From an uncultured Vibrio sp. (GTDB lineage: Bacteria > Pseudomonadota > Gammaproteobacteria > Enterobacterales > Vibrionaceae): a DNA stretch of 64,000 nt. The notes under the pieces were generated by a model, which saw nothing but the letters and a program-made list of their open reading frames with translations, ran no database searches and was not told where the DNA came from. The translations under genes were made by a program, and so were the position numbers. Numbering within the stretch: position 1 is the stretch's first letter; every line of letters starts with the position of its first letter. Shown in pieces: positions 30,611 to 39,660 of this stretch. The stretch is from assembly GCF_947488985.1 (NCBI RefSeq), contig NZ_CANLBV010000008.1, forward strand, positions 13,505-77,504, written 5' to 3'.

Positions 30611-33289
30611 ATGTCTGACATGAAGCATGACGTTGATGCTCTGGAAACTCAAGATTGGTTAGAAGCTCTTGAATCAGTAGTACGTGAAGAAGGTGTAGAA
30701 CGCGCACAGTTTTTACTAGAACAAGTTCTAGATAAAGCGCGTTTAGATGGTGTTGATATGGCTACAGGTATCAACACAAACTACATTAACACCATTCCAG
30801 CATCACAAGAGCCAGCTTACCCTGGTGATGTAACTCTTGAGCGTCGTATTCGTTCGATTATTCGCTGGAACGCAATCATGATCGTATTGCGTGCTTCTAA
30901 GAAAGACCTAGACCTTGGTGGTCACATGGCTTCTTACCAGTCAGCAGCAGCGTTCTACGAAGTATGTTTCAACCACTTCTTCCGTGCTCCAAACGAGACA
31001 GACGGTGGCGATCTGGTTTACTACCAAGGCCACATCTCTCCAGGTATCTACTCGCGTGCATTCGTTGAAGGTCGTCTAACTGAAGAGCAGCTAGATAACT
31101 TCCGTCAAGAAGTTGATGGTAAAGGTATCCCTTCTTACCCGCACCCGAAACTGATGCCTGAGTTTTGGCAGTTCCCAACCGTATCTATGGGTCTTGGCCC
31201 GATCTCTGCTATCTATCAAGCGCGCTTCCTTAAGTACCTTGACGGCCGTGGCCTGAAAGAAACTTCAGCGCAACGCGTATACGCGTTCCTAGGTGACGGT
31301 GAGATGGATGAGCCAGAATCACGCGGTGCTATCTCTTTCGCTGCGCGTGAGAAGCTAGACAACCTATGTTTCCTAATCAACTGTAACCTACAGCGTCTCG
31401 ACGGCCCTGTAATGGGTAACGGTAGCATCATCCAAGAACTTGAAGGTCTATTCAAAGGCGCAGGTTGGAATGTTGTTAAGGTTATCTGGGGTAGCAACTG
31501 GGATTCTCTACTGGCTAAAGACACGACTGGTAAGCTTCTTCAACTAATGAACGAAACTATCGATGGTGACTACCAAACATTCAAATCTAAAGATGGCGCA
31601 TACGTACGTGAGCACTTCTTTGGTAAGTACCCAGAAACAGCTGCACTAGTTGCAGACATGACGGATGACGAAATCTTCGCGCTTAAGCGTGGTGGCCATG
31701 ATTCTTCTAAACTGTTTGCGGCATTCAACAATGCAAAAGAGACAAACGGTAAGCCAACGGTAATCCTAGCTAAGACTGTCAAAGGTTACGGCATGGGTGA
31801 TGCAGCTGAAGGTAAGAACATTGCACATGGTGTTAAGAAAATGGACATGACTCATGTTCAACACCTACGTGATCGCCTAGGCCTAGAAGACATCCTTTCA
31901 GATGAGAAGATCGCTGAACTTCCTTACTTGAAACTGGAAGAAGGTACGCCTGAGTACGAATACATGCACGCTCGTCGTAACGCTCTACATGGTTACACAC
32001 CTGCACGTCTTCCTAAGTTTACTCAAGAGTTCAAGGTTCCTGAGCTAGACGCATTCGCACCTCTACTAGGTGAGCAGAAGCGTGATATCTCTACCACTAT
32101 GGCTTATGTACGTACGCTAAACATCCTTCTTAAAGACAAGAACATCGGTAAGAACATCGTTCCTATCATCTGTGATGAAGCGCGTACATTCGGTATGGAA
32201 GGTCTATTCCGTCAGGTTGGTATCTACAACCCACACGGTCAAGAATACACACCAGAAGATAAAGGCATTGTTTCTTACTACAAAGAAGCAACATCTGGCC
32301 AAGTTCTTCAAGAAGGTATCAACGAACTAGGTTCTATGGCTTCATGGGTTGCAGCTGCAACTTCATACAGCACCAACGATCTACCGATGATCCCGTTCTA
32401 CATCTACTACTCTATGTTCGGTTTCCAACGTATTGGCGACATGGCATGGCTAGCAGGTGACCAACAAGCTCGTGGCTTCCTACTAGGTGCTACAGCTGGT
32501 CGTACAACACTGAACGGTGAAGGTCTACAGCACGAAGATGGTCACTCGCACATCCAAGCGAACACTATCCCGAACTGTATCTCTTACGACCCAACATTCG
32601 CTTACGAGCTAGCAGTAATCATGCAAGACGGTATCCGTCGCATGTATGGCCCTGAGCAAGAGAACGTTTACTACTACCTAACAGTAATGAACGAGAACTA
32701 CGCAATGCCAGCAATGCCAGAAGGCGCTGAAGAAGGCATCCGTAAGGGTATCTACAAGCTTGAATCTCACGCTCCTCAAGGTGGACAGGCGCCTAAGGGC
32801 AAAGTTCAACTAATGAGCTCTGGTACTATCATGAACGAAGCGCGTAAAGCTGCAGTAATTCTAAGCGAAGAGTACGGCATCGCATCTGACGTGTTCTCTG
32901 TAACATCGTTCAACGAACTAACTCGTGACGGCCAAGCGGTAGAGCGTGACAACATGCTTCACCCAGAAGCTGAAGAGAAAGTACCGTACATCACAAGTGT
33001 ACTTGGTAAAGAACCTGCAATCGCAGTGACTGACTACATGAAGAACTACGCTGAGCAAGTACGTGCTTACATGCCAAGCGAGTCTTACAAAGTACTTGGT
33101 ACTGATGGTTTTGGCCGCTCTGACAGCCGTGCAAACCTACGTCGTCACTTCGAAGTTAACGCTGGCTACATCGTAGTTGCAGCTCTAACTGAACTGGCTA
33201 AACGTGGTGATATCGAGAAATCTGTAGTTGTTGAAGCAATTGCTAAATTCGATATCGACACTGAAAAAACAAACCCACAATACGCTTAA
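30611..33289 (+). CDS. aceE: Pyruvate dehydrogenase E1
   Basis: GGHMAS, FPTVSMGLG, TPP motif GDGEMDEPES, GEGLQHEDG. Confidence 0.99.
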   Translation: MSDMKHDVDALETQDWLEALESVVREEGVERAQFLLEQVLDKARLDGVDMATGINTNYINTIPASQEPAYPGDVTLERRIRSIIRWNAIMIVLRASKKDLDLGGHMASYQSAAAFYEVCFNHFFRAPNETDGGDLVYYQGHISPGIYSRAFVEGRLTEEQLDNFRQEVDGKGIPSYPHPKLMPEFWQFPTVSMGLGPISAIYQARFLKYLDGRGLKETSAQRVYAFLGDGEMDEPESRGAISFAAREKLDNLCFLINCNLQRLDGPVMGNGSIIQELEGLFKGAGWNVVKVIWGSNWDSLLAKDTTGKLLQLMNETIDGDYQTFKSKDGAYVREHFFGKYPETAALVADMTDDEIFALKRGGHDSSKLFAAFNNAKETNGKPTVILAKTVKGYGMGDAAEGKNIAHGVKKMDMTHVQHLRDRLGLEDILSDEKIAELPYLKLEEGTPEYEYMHARRNALHGYTPARLPKFTQEFKVPELDAFAPLLGEQKRDISTTMAYVRTLNILLKDKNIGKNIVPIICDEARTFGMEGLFRQVGIYNPHGQEYTPEDKGIVSYYKEATSGQVLQEGINELGSMASWVAAATSYSTNDLPMIPFYIYYSMFGFQRIGDMAWLAGDQQARGFLLGATAGRTTLNGEGLQHEDGHSHIQANTIPNCISYDPTFAYELAVIMQDGIRRMYGPEQENVYYYLTVMNENYAMPAMPEGAEEGIRKGIYKLESHAPQGGQAPKGKVQLMSSGTIMNEARKAAVILSEEYGIASDVFSVTSFNELTRDGQAVERDNMLHPEAEEKVPYITSVLGKEPAIAVTDYMKNYAEQVRAYMPSESYKVLGTDGFGRSDSRANLRRHFEVNAGYIVVAALTELAKRGDIEKSVVVEAIAKFDIDTEKTNPQYA

Positions 33290-33319
33290 TACAGCGCTTA
33301 ACTAGAAGGTAAATAAGCA

Positions 33320-35227
33320 ATGGCAATCGAAATTAATGTACCTGACATCGGTGCGGATGAGGTTGAAGTTACTGAGATTCTTGTAAGCGTTGGCGACAAG
33401 GTTGAAGAAGAACAGTCTCTGATCACTGTTGAAGGCGACAAAGCTTCTATGGAAGTTCCAGCGTCTCAAGCAGGTATCGTTAAAGAAATCAAAGTAGCTG
33501 AAGGCGATTCAGTTTCTACTGGTTCTCTAATCATGATTTTCGAAGCCGAGGGTGCAGCTGAAGCTGCACCTGCTCCAGCAGCAGAGGCAGCTCCAGTAGC
33601 AGCTCCTGTAGCGGCAGCAGCGGCAGAACTGAAAGAAGTTCACGTACCAGATATCGGCGGTGATGAAGTTGAAGTAACTGAAATCATGGTAGCTATCGGT
33701 GACGCAGTAGAAGAAGAGCAATCTCTTCTTACTGTTGAAGGCGACAAGGCTTCAATGGAAGTTCCTGCACCATTCGCTGGTATAGTTAAAGAAATCAAAA
33801 TCGCTTCTGGTGATTCAGTTTCTACTGGTTCTCTAGTGATGATTTTCTCTGTAGAAACAGGCGAAGTGGGTGGTTCAGCACCTGCAGCAGCTCCGGCTCC
33901 TGCGGCGGTAGCACCTGTTGCAGCGGCTCCAGCAGCATCAGCTGAGAAAGAAGTAAACGTTCCTGATATCGGTGGTGACGAAGTAGAAGTTACTGAAATC
34001 ATGGTAGCGGTTGGCGATACAGTAGAAGAAGAGCAATCTCTAATTACTGTTGAAGGTGACAAAGCTTCAATGGAAGTTCCTGCACCATTCGCTGGTACAG
34101 TAAAAGAGATCAAGATTGCAGCAGGCGACAAAGTGTCAACTGGCTCTCTAATCATGACTTTCGTAGTTGAAGGCGCAGCGCCTGCTCCTGTTGCAGCACC
34201 TGCACAAGCAGCAGCTCCAGCGGCGGCACCTGCTCCTAAAGCAGAAGCACCTGCAGCGACTCCAGCAGCAGCTGGCGACTTCCAAGAGAACGGTGACTAC
34301 GCGCACGCTTCTCCAGTAGTTCGTCGTCTTGCTCGTGAATTTGGCGTTAACCTTTCTAAGATTAAAGGTACGGGTCGTAAGAGCCGCATCCTTAAAGAAG
34401 ACGTTCAGTCTTACGTTAAGGATGCACTTAAGCGTCTTGAGTCTGGTGCTGCGGCATCTGGCAAAGGCGGCGACGGCAGTGCTCTTGGTCTACTACCATG
34501 GCCAAAAGTTGACTTCAGCAAGTTCGGCGAAACTGAAGTTCAGAAACTTTCTAAGATCAAGAAGATCTCTGGCGCAAACCTACACCGTAACTGGGTAATG
34601 ATCCCTCACGTTACACAGTGGGATAACGCAGACATTACTGAGCTAGAAGCATTCCGTAAAGAACAGAACGCAATCGAAGCGAAGAAAGACACTGGCATGA
34701 AGATCACTCCACTTGTGTTCATCATGAAAGCTGTTGCTAAAGCGCTAGAAGCATTCCCAGCGTTTAACTCTTCTCTTTCTGAAGATGGTGAAAGCATCAT
34801 TCTCAAGAAATACGTAAACGTGGGTATCGCGGTTGATACACCAAACGGTCTAGTTGTTCCTGTCTTCAAAGACGTGAACAAAAAAGGCATTTACGAGCTA
34901 TCTGAAGAGCTAATGGCCGTGTCTAAGAAAGCACGTTCTGGTAAGCTAACAGCGGCAGACATGCAAGGCGGTTGTTTCACAATCTCTAGCCTTGGTGGTA
35001 TTGGCGGTACAGCATTTACGCCAATCGTAAATGCACCAGAAGTAGGTATCCTAGGGGTATCTAAGTCTGAAATTAAGCCAGTGTGGAATGGTAAAGAGTT
35101 CCAACCACGTCTACAGCTTCCACTGTCTCTATCATACGACCACCGTGTGATCGATGGCGCTGAAGGTGCACGCTTCATTACTTTCCTAAACAGCGCACTA
35201 TCTGACATTCGTCGTCTAGTACTGTAA
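33320..35227 (+). CDS. aceF: Dihydrolipoamide acetyltransferase E2 with three lipoyl domains
   Basis: Three [10 protein letters not shown] lipoyl motifs with Ala/Pro linkers, [10 protein letters not shown] binding domain, DHRVIDG. Confidence 0.99.
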   Translation: MAIEINVPDIGADEVEVTEILVSVGDKVEEEQSLITVEGDKASMEVPASQAGIVKEIKVAEGDSVSTGSLIMIFEAEGAAEAAPAPAAEAAPVAAPVAAAAAELKEVHVPDIGGDEVEVTEIMVAIGDAVEEEQSLLTVEGDKASMEVPAPFAGIVKEIKIASGDSVSTGSLVMIFSVETGEVGGSAPAAAPAPAAVAPVAAAPAASAEKEVNVPDIGGDEVEVTEIMVAVGDTVEEEQSLITVEGDKASMEVPAPFAGTVKEIKIAAGDKVSTGSLIMTFVVEGAAPAPVAAPAQAAAPAAAPAPKAEAPAATPAAAGDFQENGDYAHASPVVRRLAREFGVNLSKIKGTGRKSRILKEDVQSYVKDALKRLESGAAASGKGGDGSALGLLPWPKVDFSKFGETEVQKLSKIKKISGANLHRNWVMIPHVTQWDNADITELEAFRKEQNAIEAKKDTGMKITPLVFIMKAVAKALEAFPAFNSSLSEDGESIILKKYVNVGIAVDTPNGLVVPVFKDVNKKGIYELSEELMAVSKKARSGKLTAADMQGGCFTISSLGGIGGTAFTPIVNAPEVGILGVSKSEIKPVWNGKEFQPRLQLPLSLSYDHRVIDGAEGARFITFLNSALSDIRRLVL

Positions 35228-35239
35228 TTAGAAAGTAAT

Positions 35240-35273
35240 AATTAAGGTGGCTTTCGAGTCACCTTAATTCTTT
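35240..35273 (+). terminator. Terminator after aceF
   Basis: AATTAAGGTGGC-tttc-GAGTCACCTTAATT hairpin with a T-rich tail. Confidence 0.7.
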
Positions 35274-35372
35274 ATATCAAGACTATTTTTAGACAGCAGT
35301 TTTCTGCATTTCTCACAAAGCGAAAGGGAATTGTTGTCTAGCTCACAGGCTAACTTAAAGCTACTTTCACAC

Positions 35373-35395
35373 TGTTAACATCTCTGTAAAATGTT
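35373..35395 (+). promoter_or_regulatory. Putative ArcA-type site at the internal lpdA promoter
   Basis: TGTTAACATCTCTGTAAAATGTT resembles the GTTA-repeat ArcA box recalled for the E. coli lpd promoter. Confidence 0.4.
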
Positions 35396-35468
35396 GGCTG
35401 TTTGAAAGTCCAATAATTTTAAGAACATCTACTCAGCCTGTTAGGGATAATGACTACAAGAGGTCACA

Positions 35469-36896
35469 ATGAGCAAAGAAATTAAAGCCCAAGTTGTTGT
35501 ACTTGGTTCAGGTCCTGCTGGTTACTCAGCAGCATTCCGTTGTGCGGATTTAGGTCTAGAAACCGTACTTGTTGAGCGTTACAGCACGCTTGGTGGTGTA
35601 TGTCTAAACGTTGGTTGTATTCCATCAAAAGCACTGCTTCACGTTTCTAAAGTTATCGAAGAAGCAAAAGCGATGGCAGAGCACGGCGTTGTATTCGGCG
35701 AGCCACAAACAGACATCAGCAAAATTCGTATCTGGAAAGAGAAGGTTGTCGATCAACTGACTGGCGGCCTTAATGGCATGGCTAAGATGCGTAAAGTAAC
35801 GGTTGTAAATGGTTTTGGTAAGTTTACTGGTCCGAACACGATTCAAGTGGAAGGCGAAGAGTCAACAACAGTAACCTTCGACAACGCAATCATTGCAGCG
35901 GGTTCTCGCCCAATTAAACTGCCGTTCATTCCACATGAAGACCCACGTATTTGGGATTCTACGGACGCACTAGAGCTAAAAGAAGTACCAGAAAAATTGC
36001 TTATCATGGGCGGTGGTATCATCGGTCTTGAGATGGGTACGGTATACCACTCTCTAGGTTCTAACGTTGACGTGGTTGAGATGTTCGATCAAGTTATTCC
36101 AGCGGCAGATAAAGACATCGTTAAAGTCTTCACTAAGCGTATCAAAGACAAGTTCAAGCTAATGCTTGAGACGAAAGTGACCGCGGTTGAAGCGAAAGAA
36201 GACGGTATCTACGTTTCAATGGAAGGCAAAAAAGCACCAGCAGAAGCTGAGCGCTACGATGCGGTTCTTGTTGCTATCGGTCGTGTGCCAAACGGTGCGC
36301 TTATCGATGCTGAAAAAGCGGGCATCGAAGTTGATGAGCGTGGCTTCATCAACGTAGATAAGCAAATGCGTACTAACGTGTCTCACATCCATGCGATCGG
36401 TGACGTGGTTGGTCAACCAATGCTTGCGCACAAAGGTGTGCATGAAGGTCACGTAGCGGCAGAGGTTATCTCTGGTAAGAAGCACTACTTCGATCCTAAA
36501 GTTATCCCTTCAATTGCTTACACTGAGCCAGAAGTCGCTTGGGTAGGTAAGACAGAGAAAGAAGCGAAAGCGGAAGGTATTAACTACGAAGTGTCGACTT
36601 TCCCTTGGGCTGCTTCTGGCCGTGCTATCGCATCTGACTGTGCTGACGGCATGACTAAGATGATCTTCGATAAAGATACGCACCGCGTGATCGGTGGTGC
36701 GGTTGTGGGTACTAACGGTGGTGAACTTCTTGGTGAAATCGGTCTAGCAATCGAAATGGGTTGTGATGCAGAAGATATCGCACTGACTATCCACGCTCAC
36801 CCAACTCTACACGAGTCTGTGGGTCTAGCAGCGGAAGTATTCGAAGGTTCAATCACTGACCTTCCAAATAAGAAAGCAGTGAAAAAGAAAAAGTAA
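35469..36896 (+). CDS. lpdA: Dihydrolipoamide dehydrogenase E3
   Basis: GSGPAGY, redox CLNVGCIPSK, GGGIIGLE, HAHPTLHE. Confidence 0.99.
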   Translation: MSKEIKAQVVVLGSGPAGYSAAFRCADLGLETVLVERYSTLGGVCLNVGCIPSKALLHVSKVIEEAKAMAEHGVVFGEPQTDISKIRIWKEKVVDQLTGGLNGMAKMRKVTVVNGFGKFTGPNTIQVEGEESTTVTFDNAIIAAGSRPIKLPFIPHEDPRIWDSTDALELKEVPEKLLIMGGGIIGLEMGTVYHSLGSNVDVVEMFDQVIPAADKDIVKVFTKRIKDKFKLMLETKVTAVEAKEDGIYVSMEGKKAPAEAERYDAVLVAIGRVPNGALIDAEKAGIEVDERGFINVDKQMRTNVSHIHAIGDVVGQPMLAHKGVHEGHVAAEVISGKKHYFDPKVIPSIAYTEPEVAWVGKTEKEAKAEGINYEVSTFPWAASGRAIASDCADGMTKMIFDKDTHRVIGGAVVGTNGGELLGEIGLAIEMGCDAEDIALTIHAHPTLHESVGLAAEVFEGSITDLPNKKAVKKKK

Positions 36897-37023
36897 ATAC
36901 TCTTCATACTTGAAGCCGCAGCGTTGTTAACTGCGTAAGTTCACCCTAATCACATAGTAAATCTATGCTCATAGGGCTGAACTTACTTGTTGCCTAGCTG
37001 CAACTCCAATTATTTTGAGTATA
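36896..37023. mobile_element. ERIC/IRU-type miniature non-autonomous repeat (~128 bp)
   Basis: Reverse strand reads TATACTCAAAATAATTGGAGTTGCAG...GCTGCGGCTTCAAGTATGAAGAGTATT, matching the recalled ERIC termini. Central hairpin GTAAGTTCA-CCCTA...TAGGG-CTGAACTTAC. TA ends. Confidence 0.88.
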
Positions 37024-37033
37024 TCTAGATTAT

Positions 37034-37062
37034 AAAAGCCGCTGATTAGTCAGCGGTTTTTT
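37034..37062 (+). terminator. Terminator after lpdA/ERIC
   Basis: AAAAGCCGCTGA-ttag-TCAGCGGTTTTTT. Confidence 0.85.
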
Positions 37063-37140
37063 ATGTCTGAAGTAAGGAGCAGGAGTGTTTCACTTCGAGA
37101 TGCGAGTACGCTGTGCTCCGGGATACGAAGAGCGAGTGCT

Positions 37141-37175
37141 AAAAACAAAAAGGGTTGACCCACTAGGTCAACCCT
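37141..37175 (-). terminator. Terminator of luxR
   Basis: AAGGGTTGACC-cacta-GGTCAACCCTT with an A run on plus. Confidence 0.85.
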
Positions 37176-37193
37176 TCGTAATTCTTCTCGAAT

Positions 37194-37799
37194 CTACTTA
37201 TAAATGCACAGCATGTTTAGGTAGCTATCCGTTAAGCTTGAAAGCTCTTCAGGCATTTCTACACGTTTCGCTTGAATAAAGAGTGAGTAGCAAATGCCAT
37301 GGAACAGGTTAGTTAGGTGTTTTGGATTGTGCTTGTCGCTGACTTCGCCACGTTCAATCGCTTTGATAAACATGTTCTGCACCAGCATTTGGTTGGTACG
37401 ATTCGTTGTAACGAACAGCGGCCATACCTCATCGCGAGTCGATGCACTCCACTCGAACCACACATTTAACCAATGGCTATCTTGCGCCACTAAGGTCACC
37501 ATTTCAGTTGCAATATTATGCAGGTTTTGTTTTGCGTGAATATCGAGATCGATATTGTCAGAAAGGAAGCTAGAGAATTGGCGTACCGCATGATTCAGTA
37601 CTTCATCAACCAAATCTTCACGAGTTGGGAAGTAATTAAATACGGTTGCGACAGAGACTTGAGCGATATCTGCAATATCAGCGTGTCCACCACGGCCAAT
37701 ACCGCGACGAGAGAATACCTCAAGGGCGATCTCCATTAATTGGAGTTTTCTTTTTAGGGGGGAAAGCCTAGTTCTAGGCCTCTTAGATATTGAGTCCAT
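37194..37799 (-). CDS. luxR: Quorum-sensing master regulator (TetR family; LuxR/HapR/OpaR/SmcR orthologue)
   Basis: MDSISKRPRTRLSPLKRKLQLMEIALEVF.RRGIGRGGHADIA...VSVATVFNYFPTREDLVD; located between lpdA and hpt. Confidence 0.96.
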   Translation of the reverse strand: MDSISKRPRTRLSPLKRKLQLMEIALEVFSRRGIGRGGHADIADIAQVSVATVFNYFPTREDLVDEVLNHAVRQFSSFLSDNIDLDIHAKQNLHNIATEMVTLVAQDSHWLNVWFEWSASTRDEVWPLFVTTNRTNQMLVQNMFIKAIERGEVSDKHNPKHLTNLFHGICYSLFIQAKRVEMPEELSSLTDSYLNMLCIYK

Positions 37800-37806
37800 T
37801 TTATGT

Positions 37807-37838
37807 TCCTTGCCAACGAATTTTTATATTAATGATTT
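37807..37838 (-). promoter_or_regulatory. Putative Qrr sRNA pairing site in the luxR 5' UTR
   Basis: mRNA AAUCAUUA...GUUGGC-AAGGA; GUUGGC is complementary to the conserved Qrr GCCAAC next to the SD. Confidence 0.7.
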
Positions 37839-38133
37839 TATTATTATTTAAGCCAAGATGAGTGTAATGGTGCATATGCAAATGGTCAATCCTTTTTGAT
37901 GGTTTTGTAGACAGGGGAAACACACTTGGACCCGAGTGTGATTTGTACAGGAGGAAGCGAAAGCGGGTCTTGGGCGAAGGATTGGTGGGGATTGCGTTGA
38001 CCATATAATATTAAATTCGCCCCGCATGGTGGTACGGATATTTGAGCAATGCTAGACTTATCCTCAAAATTGAGCGACATCTGAGATTAAACGATCAGCA
38101 CTCGTCGCAATCACCAAATAAAATGAGAACAGT

Positions 38134-38664
38134 ATGAAGCATACAGTTGAAGTCATGATCTCTGAGCAAGAAGTTCAGGATCGAGTGAACGAACTAGGCA
38201 AACAGATCACGGAGCACTATCAAGGTAGTGAAGATCTTGTCTTAGTGGGTCTGTTACGTGGCTCCTTTGTCTTTATGGCGGATCTTGCTCGTGCTATCGA
38301 TTTAACCCACCAAGTTGATTTCATGACCGCATCTAGCTACGGCAACGGCATGGAAAGCTCACGCGATGTTCGTATTTTGAAAGACCTTGATGACGATATA
38401 CAAGGCAAAGACGTACTGCTTGTCGAAGATATTATCGATACGGGTAACACCTTGACTAAGGTAAAAGAGATCCTGAGCTTACGTGGTCCAAAATCTATCG
38501 AGATTTGTACACTACTAGACAAGCCTTCACGTCGTGAAGTGACGGTTGATACGAAATGGATCGGTTTTGAAATCCCAGACGAGTTCGTTGTGGGTGTGGG
38601 CATCGATTATGCACAGAAGTATCGTCACCTGCCGTACATCGGTAAAGTGGTACCTCAAGAGTAA
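38134..38664 (+). CDS. hpt: Hypoxanthine phosphoribosyltransferase
   Basis: [35 protein letters not shown]. Confidence 0.98.
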   Translation: MKHTVEVMISEQEVQDRVNELGKQITEHYQGSEDLVLVGLLRGSFVFMADLARAIDLTHQVDFMTASSYGNGMESSRDVRILKDLDDDIQGKDVLLVEDIIDTGNTLTKVKEILSLRGPKSIEICTLLDKPSRREVTVDTKWIGFEIPDEFVVGVGIDYAQKYRHLPYIGKVVPQE

Positions 38665-38711
38665 TAACGACTCTGCTGAACAGTAATCGCCACTCTGAGA
38701 ACAATATAAAC

Positions 38712-38744
38712 AAACAAGGCTCGCATTATGCGAGCCTTGTTTTT
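38712..38744. terminator. Bidirectional terminator between hpt and can
   Basis: AAACAAGGCTCGCA-tta-TGCGAGCCTTGTTT. Confidence 0.8.
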
Positions 38745-38754
38745 AGAGCATAGA

Positions 38755-39414
38755 CTAGCTAAGGGTTGGCTTTGATAAGATCTTTTCAATCGCATCTAAG
38801 TGAAGGTTTTCTAATGTCTCATAGCTTGAGCAACGTACCCCAAGGTCTTGCAGTTTGCCATTACCGATCCCATAAACCATACCGTGGATCTCCACGTCTT
38901 GGCCTCGTTCCCATGCGGTTTGCATGATGGTCGAGTTGCCTAGGTTGTTCACCTGCTCTGCAACGTTAATTTCGCACAGTTTATCTGCCCATTGTTCACG
39001 AGGCAGTGATTCAATTTGCTTGCGATATTTTAGGTAATTATCGCGAATGTGCAGCAACCAGTTATTGATAAGACCTAGCCTAGGGTTATCAATTGCGGCA
39101 TTGACACCGCCACAACCGTAGTGACCACAAACGATAATGTGTTTTACTTTGAGTACGTCGACCGCGTATTGCACCACGGATAGGCAGTTTAGGTCAGTAT
39201 GAACCACTTGGTTTGCCACATTACGGTGAACAAACAGTTCGCCTGAATATAAACCGGTGAGACGCTCGGCTGGAACACGGCTATCTGAGCAGCCGATCCA
39301 TAAAAAACCAGGGCTTTGACCCTCTTCAAGCGTTGTAAAATACTCAGGTCTTTCAGAGCGGATTTCTTCAGACCATTTAGAGTTGTTTTCAAAAAGCTGT
39401 TTAATCTCTGGCAT
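38755..39414 (-). CDS. can: Beta-class carbonic anhydrase
   Basis: [24 protein letters not shown] zinc ligands. Confidence 0.97.
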   Translation of the reverse strand: MPEIKQLFENNSKWSEEIRSERPEYFTTLEEGQSPGFLWIGCSDSRVPAERLTGLYSGELFVHRNVANQVVHTDLNCLSVVQYAVDVLKVKHIIVCGHYGCGGVNAAIDNPRLGLINNWLLHIRDNYLKYRKQIESLPREQWADKLCEINVAEQVNNLGNSTIMQTAWERGQDVEIHGMVYGIGNGKLQDLGVRCSSYETLENLHLDAIEKILSKPTLS

Positions 39415-39574
39415 TTTGCGTCTTACATCCCTTAATTAAGAACCCCAACTATACACAATGTTATAAATTCAATCTTGTAAAAACTGTGTCAAATAGCACT
39501 CGTCTGATGTCTCATAGTTCTTAAAATCATTAACTTAGCTAAAAAATACAGTTCTGGTTATAAGACATAAATAA

Positions 39575-39590
39575 TGTAATTGCATTAACA
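39575..39590. promoter_or_regulatory. CRP-like site in the can/sulP divergent region
   Basis: TGTAA-N6-TAACA (8/10 match to TGTGA-N6-TCACA) with AT-rich flanks. Confidence 0.35.
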
Positions 39591-39660
39591 CTTTCTGAGA
39601 GGGCGATCCATTTGTTACAGTGATAAGGTTTGTCATTTCAATCATCAGGGAAGGTGTATT

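Noticed and set aside
33640-34155. Long antisense ORFs (for example 33640-34155, 39972-40580, 58519-59022, 61719-62180)
   Set aside because: They are shadow frames of strongly codon-biased sense genes and carry no independent motifs.
33320-34170. Three near-identical ~240-bp internal repeats in aceF
   Set aside because: These are the normal three lipoyl domains of E2.
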